This document shows positions 8,643-16,541 of a stretch of DNA of 35,295 nt, piece after piece (position 1 is the first letter of the stretch; each line of letters opens with the position of its first letter). The translations under genes and the position numbers were made by a program. The notes below the pieces were generated by a model, which was not told the origin of the DNA, did not search any database, and saw nothing but the letters and a program-made list of their open reading frames with translations. The stretch comes from a virus (lineage: Duplodnaviria > Caudoviricetes), in IMG/VR virus record IMGVR_UViG_3300025534_000022, positions 1 through 35,295 of that record. One strand, given 5' to 3'.

Positions 8643-9959
8643 TTATCTTACCGTAATCGTGAAATACAATTTTTCGGCACTGTCAACAGGTTGGACCCAC
8701 TGATTCACAACGACAGCGTCTGGACTCGTCCCGGGCAACACTTCCAGATCCGTCTGCGGATCAAAATTCTGGATAGCGCCGATATTCTGATACTGGTTCG
8801 TGATGTTAATGCACTCGTTTTTGAACAGGTTCCGGCCGTCGTCGTTGTTCGGCACCTTACCGATATACGAAGTACTGAACACGCGCATATAGTCATTCCC
8901 GAGGCTATCCAGCACGCGCAGCACGCGATTTTTCCGGAACGCCTTCCCCTTGGCCGGCGTAAAGGTATGCAGCGTATTGATGTCCTGTTCGACCACGGCG
9001 CGGCCGTCCATCGCCGTGAACAAGAACTCGCCTGCCTGGAGCGCGGCCACGATCTGGCTGTGCGTGTACTTCGGCGAGACGTCCACGGCCCCGTCGTACG
9101 CGTCGTAGGTCAGCGACTGGTTAGCTGTCGCCCCTGCCATTGCGCCGGCCACCCAGGCGACCGCCTGCGCAGCGGTCAACGTCGTTCCGTCCGCCAGCGC
9201 GACGCCGTTTTTGACGCTGATCACGCCCTCGTAGTCGGCTTCCGGGTAGTTCTCCATGACCACCTGAATCTTCTTGCCTTCATCTTCCCTGAGCCGTTTA
9301 ACGAACGATACGAACACGCCTTTGGTTGTCGTATCTGTCGCTGTTAAACCGATGGTATGAAAGTCGTGCACTTCAATCGCTTCCAGGTAGTCCAGATAGT
9401 CCTGCGCTGTCACTTCGCCGTCTGCGCCGCCTGTAAGCGGCGTTCCTGCGGTAGCAGTCGGCGCACCCGTTCCGCTAAATTCCACCCAAGCATTAGGTTG
9501 CAATTCCTCGATCGCGGAAACCGTTTGGGAATCCACTTCGCGCCCATCCACCAGCGTTTTGACATCGAACTTGGCCGAATCGTCAATGTTCTGTTCAACA
9601 ATGATGCTGATATCGTTCCCGCGGACTCCGCCATGTTTCGCCGTCACAGTCAGACCGCCGACCGTGGCCGATGCCGGCGTACCGGTATTGAGCCGGTACA
9701 GCAAAAGCATGCGGGCCCTTTTCAGCGCTTCCCGGACCAGCAGCAACTGCGGCGACGTGATCGAATAACCGAGCGTATCAAACGTATCCGCGCCGGCTTC
9801 AACTGCGATCACCTGTTTTGCCGGGCCCCAAGAAAGAGCCAGCGGCAGGCTGACGATGCCGCGCTCGCCGAGTGTACCAAGCGGCTGCGCTTCGCCAACA
9901 AAGTTAATATAAACGCCTGGGCGAACTTTATTTTGAGCCGTCCATTGTCCACCAGCCAT
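8643..9959 (-). CDS. Contractile tail sheath protein (XkdK-like)
   Basis: MAGGQWTAQNKVRPGVYINF, EQDINTL, KNRVLRVLD and PVDSAEKLY motifs. Confidence 0.95.
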   Translation of the reverse strand: MAGGQWTAQNKVRPGVYINFVGEAQPLGTLGERGIVSLPLALSWGPAKQVIAVEAGADTFDTLGYSITSPQLLLVREALKRARMLLLYRLNTGTPASATVGGLTVTAKHGGVRGNDISIIVEQNIDDSAKFDVKTLVDGREVDSQTVSAIEELQPNAWVEFSGTGAPTATAGTPLTGGADGEVTAQDYLDYLEAIEVHDFHTIGLTATDTTTKGVFVSFVKRLREDEGKKIQVVMENYPEADYEGVISVKNGVALADGTTLTAAQAVAWVAGAMAGATANQSLTYDAYDGAVDVSPKYTHSQIVAALQAGEFLFTAMDGRAVVEQDINTLHTFTPAKGKAFRKNRVLRVLDSLGNDYMRVFSTSYIGKVPNNDDGRNLFKNECINITNQYQNIGAIQNFDPQTDLEVLPGTSPDAVVVNQWVQPVDSAEKLYFTITVR

Positions 9960-9962
9960 GGA

Positions 9963-10142
9963 TTACTTCACCGTCCTTTTTGCATAGTCCTCCACCAATT
10001 TTTTGACTTGGTCAAGAGTGTACCTTCCATCATCTTTCAAAATCACTCGCAGCACGTCCTTCTGTACCGGAGTAAAATTGGCCGATTTCAAAAACTGCTG
10101 CTTTGTGAACGTCACGCCTGGTTGCTTATTCTTTTCTCCCAC
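9963..10142 (-). CDS. Small pre-sheath protein (59 aa; not in the ORF track)
   Basis: GGGAGG-N7-GTG; MGEKNKQPGVTFTKQQFLKS...YTLDQVKKLVEDYAKRTVK; exactly fills the gap before the sheath gene. Confidence 0.75.
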   Translation of the reverse strand: MGEKNKQPGVTFTKQQFLKSANFTPVQKDVLRVILKDDGRYTLDQVKKLVEDYAKRTVK

Positions 10143-10573
10143 TTCAAAGCCTCCCTTATATTGAGCGTCTGCATGGCCGGATTATCCGGTTTCGTCGCCC
10201 AAACGTGAAAATTGTATTCGACGAAAAAATGCAAAACCTCGTCGACGATCTCAAAACGCATTCCCGTTCCGCGGACCGGGCGGCCGGCCACGTGGATCCA
10301 CTGCAGTGCCTCTGTCAACTTCTCGGCCATTTCGTACATGTCATCATTGCTACGTTCGGGTGCAAAATAATGCACATCGAACGGATGGTTTCGCATAAAT
10401 CGCCAGCCAAGTTCCTGAGTGTGTTCAGGTTCCAGCAGCCGAACAAAAAAGCAGGGTGGTTTCAAGCCCTGCTTGATTTCTTCTCCCATGATTGGAATGT
10501 CCGGGAACGCAGCGTCCAGTGCGGTATTCACGGCGTTTCGAACATCGTTGATCGTCACCTGCAACCACATCAC
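10112..10573 (-). CDS. Tail terminator/completion protein
   Basis: EEIKQGLKPPCFFV, FDVHYF and DEVLHFF motifs; upstream of the sheath gene; exact start uncertain. Confidence 0.8.
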   Translation of the reverse strand: MMWLQVTINDVRNAVNTALDAAFPDIPIMGEEIKQGLKPPCFFVRLLEPEHTQELGWRFMRNHPFDVHYFAPERSNDDMYEMAEKLTEALQWIHVAGRPVRGTGMRFEIVDEVLHFFVEYNFHVWATKPDNPAMQTLNIREALKWEKRISNQA

Positions 10574-11001
10574 CCTTTCTTCGGCGGCCGGCCGTTCATG
10601 ATGTTATCTAATAGTTCGATCATGCGCTTTTCCAGATACCGAGGTAGTTCACGTTCGATCTCCTGCATACTGATCGTCATCATGAACCGACCTTCGACCC
10701 ACTTCGTCAGGTCCGCGCCGGTTCGGTGACCGTATTCGACGAATTGAGCGTAGTGCGTGTTGTTGAAGATCTCGACCTGATACGCATTCCCGCGGCGCTC
10801 GACCCGGCCAACCTGCCAATTCCGGCGCAACTCGCCTGTATCGACCGGCGTTCGCTTCTTGATCTTGCGTTCCGCCCTGTATGCCATCTCCAGCAAGAAA
10901 TCCTGGATGAACCGCTCGATGACGCGCTCGTCCAGCGCTTTTTTGAACGTCTTGGCCAGCTTCTCAAACTCACTGAAGTCGAATTTCCCCCACTTGGGCA
11001 T
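10570..11001 (-). CDS. HK97 gp10-family neck protein
   Basis: TPVDTGELRRNW and YAQFVEYGH motifs. Confidence 0.92.
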   Translation of the reverse strand: MPKWGKFDFSEFEKLAKTFKKALDERVIERFIQDFLLEMAYRAERKIKKRTPVDTGELRRNWQVGRVERRGNAYQVEIFNNTHYAQFVEYGHRTGADLTKWVEGRFMMTISMQEIERELPRYLEKRMIELLDNIMNGRPPKKG

Positions 11002-11315
11002 CACAACCACCGTGCCCGCAGGCGGTCAAACAACCGCTCGTACCAGCGTGACACACGTCCGTCTGGTTCGATGTAGCCCTCGATATCCACGGCCATGATC
11101 TTGTCATGATGGAGCATGTGGATGGTCTGTTCCCTAATCACATGCCACGCCCAAACCTTGTCTTTTCCCGGGTTACGAAACCAGTTCATGAAGTCTTGCA
11201 CGTCATCAGCTTGCTCAATCGGAATCGGTTGGACAAATACGTCACCACTGACCATGTGTACAGAAATAGTGATTTCATCCGCGACCGATTGCGGGCGGTC
11301 CTTCAGATCAATCAT
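11001..11315 (-). CDS. Hypothetical protein (104 aa) inserted in the neck module
   Basis: TAATG coupling upstream and TGATG coupling downstream; GAGGAG RBS; no recognised family. Confidence 0.7.
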   Translation of the reverse strand: MIDLKDRPQSVADEITISVHMVSGDVFVQPIPIEQADDVQDFMNWFRNPGKDKVWAWHVIREQTIHMLHHDKIMAVDIEGYIEPDGRVSRWYERLFDRLRARWL

Positions 11316-11683
11316 TACGCCCACTCCTCGCGCTGGAGGCTGACCTCCTGATGGGTTGAATACGGGAACGGCTCCCCGGCGGTGTACCGGCGCGCCACCG
11401 TGCCACGTGTCACTTCGAGCAGATCTCCCTGGCGAATGTCCAGCTCAGGCGAAATGAACAGCTTCGTTTCGTACCTGATTTCGTTCTGCGCCTCAGTCTG
11501 GTTGTTCTGGCCGAGCGCGCGCTGCGATATACGGCAGGGATGATCCGTATAAACCGGCTGCGGGACGAGCTTCGTCGTTTTCGTTTCCGGATCTTTCACC
11601 GGCTGGTACCGGTATATCATCGCGCGGTCCGTGTACAGCCGCTCGATCGCTCGGCGGTGGCGCTCGATGTTCATCGTCACCAC
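11315..11683 (-). CDS. Head-closure/stopper protein
   Basis: PCRISQ, KLFISPELDIRQGD and YSTHQEV motifs; synteny. Confidence 0.8.
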   Translation of the reverse strand: MVTMNIERHRRAIERLYTDRAMIYRYQPVKDPETKTTKLVPQPVYTDHPCRISQRALGQNNQTEAQNEIRYETKLFISPELDIRQGDLLEVTRGTVARRYTAGEPFPYSTHQEVSLQREEWA

Positions 11684-12045
11684 CTCAGCTTTCGGTACCG
11701 GTTGAGATCGACCCGGTAATTCAGCACGACCTCGTCGATCACCGACTTGGCCGTGTTGGTCAGGCCGGCAGTTTTGGCCGGCGCCGTGGACGTGTCGCCG
11801 ACCGTGACGGACTCACCTCCGCCGATCGTCTCCGCAATCCCGGGCAGGTTCGGCTGCTCGATCCGGAGCGTGTCGATCGTCATGGACACCCAAACGGGTT
11901 CAAGCTCGGCCGGAATCTCGGACAGATTCGTGTAATGCAGGATGCGCTGACCGATCTCCTGCACGTAGGAGTCGATCAGCGCATCATGCGAGTCGTCCAG
12001 CCCCAGCCGGAGCTTGATCGCGGCCAGGACCTCAGTCGCCGGCAT
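11677..12045 (-). CDS. Head-tail connector/adaptor (SPP1 gp15-like)
   Basis: IKLRLGL, YTNLSEIPAEL and SVTVGDTS motifs; ends LNRYRKLRW. Confidence 0.85.
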   Translation of the reverse strand: MPATEVLAAIKLRLGLDDSHDALIDSYVQEIGQRILHYTNLSEIPAELEPVWVSMTIDTLRIEQPNLPGIAETIGGGESVTVGDTSTAPAKTAGLTNTAKSVIDEVVLNYRVDLNRYRKLRW

Positions 12046-12199
12046 CGCGGTCGCCGCCCTTCTTCCGTCGCTTCGACTTTTCGGGCGCTTCTTCTTGCGA
12101 CTGCTCGACCGGCTCAGTCTGCGGTTGCGCGGCGGCCTTCGCCTGCTTCATCTTCGCGGCCAGCTCACGGCGCCTGCGTTGAAATCCTGTCAGACTCAT
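12032..12199 (-). CDS. Small post-capsid hypothetical protein (55 aa)
   Basis: GAGGTGG RBS, ATG at 12199, MSLTGFQRRRRE; fills the gap. Confidence 0.7.
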   Translation of the reverse strand: MSLTGFQRRRRELAAKMKQAKAAAQPQTEPVEQSQEEAPEKSKRRKKGGDRDAGD

Positions 12200-12210
12200 A
12201 CCGGACCACC

Positions 12211-13182
12211 TCACGCAATTTTGAAAACATGCTTCACAATCCGGATCGCCTTCGGTTCGTAGACACGTTCCCAGTTCGCACCATCGGCCAGCTCCGCATT
12301 TTCCGGGAACACGTCAGCAACATTTTCCTCCGTCCACTTCACGCCGCGCGGGTGCAGGATGAAGATCCGGCGGTTGATGAGGAAATCCTCACCGGACGAG
12401 GCGAGCGAATCGCGGTCAATTTCCGTCGGAATGATTTTCGGATGCGAACCGTTGCCCAGCGCAATCGCACCAGCGCCGAACAAATAAATCACGCCGGTTT
12501 TCGTTGCCGTGTCATACGGCATCGAGTCGTCGACGATGACGCGCTTGTTCATGAAATACGGAATGCGAGGCGACTGATCTTTCTCCTGCACATACTCGAT
12601 CAGTTGCCGCTTGGCCAGATACGACTCGACCATGCTGTGCATCATAACGCCGGTCAAAAGCTCCTTCGCGTCACCCATCAGTTGCACCGCGTCAATGAAG
12701 CTGTCGCCGCTGAGAAGGGCGGCATCGCCTTCTTCGCCAGAAATGTCGAGAACGTGGTCAGCCATCGACGGCGATTTGAACACGCCTTCGAGCGTGGCCA
12801 GCAGGATCTTTTGCATCTCACGGGTCCAGTACGAAGCGACCAGGTCGGCGATCGCCCGCATAGGGTCATCGCCGGAAAGCAGCGCAGACAGTCCGTTCGC
12901 ACCCCACGCGCGGGCGCGGCCGTGCTTGCGAGCCACGTCCTTATTGGAACCGATCTTGCCCGGCGTCAGCGCACCGTCGTCCTTCATCGTCTCAGAATCG
13001 CCCGTCAGGTCGTTCCAGAACGGCATATTGACCAGTGTGTTCGGGCCGCTGGCCAGCTCGTCGAACTCCTGCGTGTTTTGCACAATTCCAGATTGAACAA
13101 GTGCCGAAAGCTCCATCGTCCGCTGGATCACATACGGGTTGAAAACTTCCGGCTGAATAACGTCAGCAATGCGCGTCGTCAA
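12211..13182 (-). CDS. Major capsid protein
   Basis: TRIADVIQPEVFNPY, NMPFWNDL, LHPRGVKW and NWERVYEPKAI motifs; follows the scaffold gene. Confidence 0.93.
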   Translation of the reverse strand: MTTRIADVIQPEVFNPYVIQRTMELSALVQSGIVQNTQEFDELASGPNTLVNMPFWNDLTGDSETMKDDGALTPGKIGSNKDVARKHGRARAWGANGLSALLSGDDPMRAIADLVASYWTREMQKILLATLEGVFKSPSMADHVLDISGEEGDAALLSGDSFIDAVQLMGDAKELLTGVMMHSMVESYLAKRQLIEYVQEKDQSPRIPYFMNKRVIVDDSMPYDTATKTGVIYLFGAGAIALGNGSHPKIIPTEIDRDSLASSGEDFLINRRIFILHPRGVKWTEENVADVFPENAELADGANWERVYEPKAIRIVKHVFKIA

Positions 13183-13188
13183 CTTTCA

Positions 13189-13836
13189 TCAGCTCCCTTT
13201 CGCCAATGCTTGTAATTGTTTCGCGAGCTCGGGGTTTTCGCGGAGAATCCGCCCCTGCTCGGTCAGGTTGAAATGCTCCCGTGACCACGGGTTTTTGATC
13301 CCGCCGCTCGCCGGATCGCGGCCCTCGGCCGGAGTGGCGCCTTTAAACTGCGGCCCCTTGTCCTGTTTCTCGACAAACAAAAAAGCCTTGCTTTGGCGCA
13401 GGGCTTTGATTTGATCGTCGAGGCCGGCTTTGATCGTGCCGTTCTCGTCGATCTCGATTTTGGACTTGTCGAGCAGCCCGGCCACCAGATCAGGATCGTG
13501 CACCTGTCCGGCCACCGCCAATTTAATTGCCGTGGTCACGGCCATGTCGCGGAGCTTGGTTTGGTATTCCTGCTCTTTGGTTTTGTTCTCAATCTGCAGC
13601 TGCTCAATCTGTTTTTTCAGTTCCTCGTTCCCCTCGGCTGCCTTTTTCAGGTCGGCCAGCTGCTTGTCGCGCTCTTTGAGCGCTTCCTCGGCCTGTTTCT
13701 TGGCCTCGTTCACTTCGTTGAATTTATCCTTCGGAATCCAGTTCCCGTCGGACACGATGGCAATTTTGTGCTTGTCTCCAAGCTTCGCCACCACTTGGTT
13801 GTATAGTTCCTCACCGAGCAATTCTTTCAGATCCAC
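13189..13836 (-). CDS. Capsid scaffolding protein (Phage_GP20 family)
   Basis: WIPKDKFNEVN, long coiled coil, GLDDQIKAL...AFLF and KNPW...NLTEQG motifs. Confidence 0.9.
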   Translation of the reverse strand: MDLKELLGEELYNQVVAKLGDKHKIAIVSDGNWIPKDKFNEVNEAKKQAEEALKERDKQLADLKKAAEGNEELKKQIEQLQIENKTKEQEYQTKLRDMAVTTAIKLAVAGQVHDPDLVAGLLDKSKIEIDENGTIKAGLDDQIKALRQSKAFLFVEKQDKGPQFKGATPAEGRDPASGGIKNPWSREHFNLTEQGRILRENPELAKQLQALAKGS

Positions 13837-13847
13837 TTTTCAACACG

Positions 13848-13926
13848 CTCCCGATTAGGTTTTTAGGCTGGTAACCCGCCAGCAATCGGCTTTCGTTCAG
13901 TTTGGCCCCGAACCTTTAAAGAGGGC
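13848..13926 (-). ncRNA. Structured cis-regulatory leader of the scaffold gene (GP20-type RNA motif candidate)
   Basis: GCCCU/GGGGC stem whose loop GUUC can pair with downstream GAAC; CCGAUU/AAUCGG stem enclosing a GCUGG/CCAGC hairpin and overlapping the GGGAG RBS. Confidence 0.55.
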
Positions 13927-13932
13927 AATGAA

Positions 13933-14457
13933 TCAGGCCCATCGCTGCTCTGCGGTGGGCCTGTTGATCAATGCTTCGAAATTCCTCAACGCCCGAATTG
14001 CATCATCTTTATTTTCAAAATAACCAATATGGTAATACTTTCCGTTGATACGCTTTTTGACCCTCCACTTTTTTCTAGATTCGTACCATGTTACACCTAT
14101 TACTTTCAATGGTCTTTTTTTCGGATCTGGATTCCTTACATTCTCGGACTGCGTTACCACCCTCAAATTATCCATTCTGTTGTCCAAGGTATTGTGATTT
14201 ATGTGATCAACAACCAACCCCTCAGGCGCTCCCGTCAATAACCTATGAAGCATCACATTCTTTTTGGGACCAAGTCTTCTGTCATAGCCGTGGACATAAT
14301 ATGATTTTGTGCTTTCATTCCATGTCGCCCGAAATGTCCCTTCAAAATCGTTTAGAATTTCCAATGATTTCGTATCAATCAGCGTTTCTAACATACCGCT
14401 TCCGGACGAAACAAATATTGCTGTTACGTCTCCTCGAATCTCGAAATTGTTTTTCAT
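13933..14457 (-). CDS. Free-standing HNH endonuclease with AP2-like C-terminal domain
   Basis: LHRLL...VVDHINHNTLDNRMDNLRVVTQSEN and GVTW...KKWRV...HIGYF motifs; low GC; AAGGTGA RBS before ATG 14457. Confidence 0.9.
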   Translation of the reverse strand: MKNNFEIRGDVTAIFVSSGSGMLETLIDTKSLEILNDFEGTFRATWNESTKSYYVHGYDRRLGPKKNVMLHRLLTGAPEGLVVDHINHNTLDNRMDNLRVVTQSENVRNPDPKKRPLKVIGVTWYESRKKWRVKKRINGKYYHIGYFENKDDAIRALRNFEALINRPTAEQRWA

Positions 14458-14485
14458 ATCAATCACCTTGCCTTCAGCCCATAAT

Positions 14486-14519
14486 AAAAACACTCTCGCG
14501 TGATTTGCGGGAGTGTTTT
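14486..14519. terminator. Bidirectional intrinsic terminator-like hairpin
   Basis: AAAACACTCTCGC-N7-GCGGGAGTGTTTT with A/T tracts on both sides; one position is a G-U pair on the + strand and a mismatch on the - strand. Confidence 0.65.
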
Positions 14520-14712
14520 AACTTGGCAGTACAATTTCACCATTCTTCAGTTTTTCGGCGATTCCTTTTTCACCAATATCACGCAGTCGTCGGATCGCCG
14601 CATCCACCCTTTCAGAAACATTCAACTCAGAACAGAGTTCTGAGTTGAGAATCTTATGAACAGCGTCCAGATTTTCTTTGTTCTCCAGCCACTGATTAGG
14701 AATGTAAATCAC
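14518..14712 (-). CDS. 64-aa protein, candidate immunity/partner of the MuF extension
   Basis: GTGA overlap with the MuF stop codon; GGGGTGA RBS; same low GC as the extension. Confidence 0.65.
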   Translation of the reverse strand: MIYIPNQWLENKENLDAVHKILNSELCSELNVSERVDAAIRRLRDIGEKGIAEKLKNGEIVLPS

Positions 14713-16541
14713 AGCGCATTCACCCCCAGTCGGTTCATTGCAATAATCAATACGTTCTCAAAGACAATTTTCTCATTGCCTGTGAGATTCTTAACGCCTT
14801 TCGTTATCGCCGAATTCACATCGTCTATCATCTGGCTGCGGTAAGTTTTGTAATTCGGCATATTTTCGAGCATCTTATCAACCAACTCTGCGGTGTTCTC
14901 TTTTATATACCCCAGATAAGGTCGACTGTACTCAGAGATATCAAAACGTTGCGAGCCGATTTCATCGATCAAGTTCTTCCATTCGGCTGTTTTTTCTGCT
15001 CCTATCCTGTATTCGTAAGCGATTTTACCGAAATCCGAAATCTTACTGGCCTGTTTGAACGGGGGAATCGATTTGAGTTTAGGCAATGTTTCAATTAGGT
15101 GTCCCGGGTAACTTGGTGAAATCTCGCGTGTTATGCCGATTTGTTTGACCATGTAGTGCGCAAAGGACTCCGCAAAGACATCATCGTAATAAGCCCATGT
15201 TTGGAACCCAATTTCATGGATATCATGCGGTAACCCATGCGCCATGGCGTGAAAGAGTTCGTGAAAAACGGTTTTAACCTGGTATTCCAAGTCTCTGACA
15301 TCGCCTGAGTTCAACTCGTAGGTAAGCACTTGGAGTTTTTCTCTGCTCGGGTCTAGACGGCACTGCCCATGTGCGGAAATCCGATGTCTTTGCGCTTTCA
15401 AAGTGGAACCTGACTGAGCTAACACATTTTGAGCGAATTCCTTTACGTCTTGCTTATCCCAGTCGTTGTAAATTGATTTGACGTTCGCTACAAAATCAGT
15501 CTTCGTTTCACTTTGGATTTTTACATGTTCATTGTACCACCGTTCGTACGTGATGTCACCAGGAACGAAATACGTCTGCCCATCCTCATCCCTCGCAATC
15601 CGCTCTCCGACGTCGATCTCGTCGTCGAAGTACGGTACGACGGTCGTCCGGCAGCGTGCATGCAGCGGTGGATAGTTCACTCCGACCTCACGTTCGGACA
15701 GCGCGAACACCTTCCCGTCCATGCTGCGACAGATGTCGCTGGTTCGGTTGTCCAGTGTGGCCAGAATCTCGTACCGATCGACGACACCGCTTGCTTTGTA
15801 CCCGGCAGCCGTCGCCTCCCCGACGAAAAACGCCGTCTCCGTCTGCACCAGGCGCTCGGCGTTCGACAGCGACACGCGCATCCGGTCCGCCAGCTCGCGC
15901 GCCGTTCGGTCCGCGGACTCGCCGCGGATGAACGCCTGCGCCAGCTTGGTGCGCAGCTCGCCGATCAGCTTATTCCGGTCACCCCATATGCGCTTGGACC
16001 AATTGCTGCCGGCGAATTCGGTCCCGAGAACAGTCTCCAGCGCGTCCCGTTCGATCTTCGCGAACGTGACACCGAACCCGGTGCCGCGCTGGATCTCGTA
16101 GATCGTTCGGTAGTAGGTATCCTCGTACACGTCGCCCAAAAGCTCGCCGGTGCCTTTTTGACGGCTCCCGGCCAGCATTTCAACTTGCTGCTGAATCTCT
16201 ATCAGCAGCGCTTCATAGCGGCTGACGCGGACCCGGTAATACACCTCGTTCAGCTGCTTTGTCCAACGGCCGTCGGCGTTGTTTTTGGCTTTCTCGGTGA
16301 ACTCTTCCAGCGTCATCTTGAACCGCCGGAGCTCGCTGCCGGACAGCTGCCGGCGAGCCTCGGCCATGCTGACCTGGCCGTTTTCGGCATAACGCTGATA
16401 GAATACCTCGATCGCGCGCCGGATCTCCTCGGTCGCCCTGGCGTACTCTCGCGCCAGCTCCGCCTGGTAAGTGTCTGCCTTCGCGAATTGTCGAGCGGCG
16501 ACCTCTTCACTGCGGCGTCGCCAATATTCAGCCGGCTTCAT
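14709..16541 (-). CDS. MuF/SPP1 gp7 minor head protein with a ~270-aa C-terminal HEXXH metallopeptidase-like extension
   Basis: WSKRIW, RLVQTE, ATLDNRTSDIC and PPLHARCRT MuF motifs; core ends ITYERWY; extension contains HELFH...DDVFAESFA. Confidence 0.9.
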   Translation of the reverse strand: MKPAEYWRRRSEEVAARQFAKADTYQAELAREYARATEEIRRAIEVFYQRYAENGQVSMAEARRQLSGSELRRFKMTLEEFTEKAKNNADGRWTKQLNEVYYRVRVSRYEALLIEIQQQVEMLAGSRQKGTGELLGDVYEDTYYRTIYEIQRGTGFGVTFAKIERDALETVLGTEFAGSNWSKRIWGDRNKLIGELRTKLAQAFIRGESADRTARELADRMRVSLSNAERLVQTETAFFVGEATAAGYKASGVVDRYEILATLDNRTSDICRSMDGKVFALSEREVGVNYPPLHARCRTTVVPYFDDEIDVGERIARDEDGQTYFVPGDITYERWYNEHVKIQSETKTDFVANVKSIYNDWDKQDVKEFAQNVLAQSGSTLKAQRHRISAHGQCRLDPSREKLQVLTYELNSGDVRDLEYQVKTVFHELFHAMAHGLPHDIHEIGFQTWAYYDDVFAESFAHYMVKQIGITREISPSYPGHLIETLPKLKSIPPFKQASKISDFGKIAYEYRIGAEKTAEWKNLIDEIGSQRFDISEYSRPYLGYIKENTAELVDKMLENMPNYKTYRSQMIDDVNSAITKGVKNLTGNEKIVFENVLIIAMNRLGVNAL

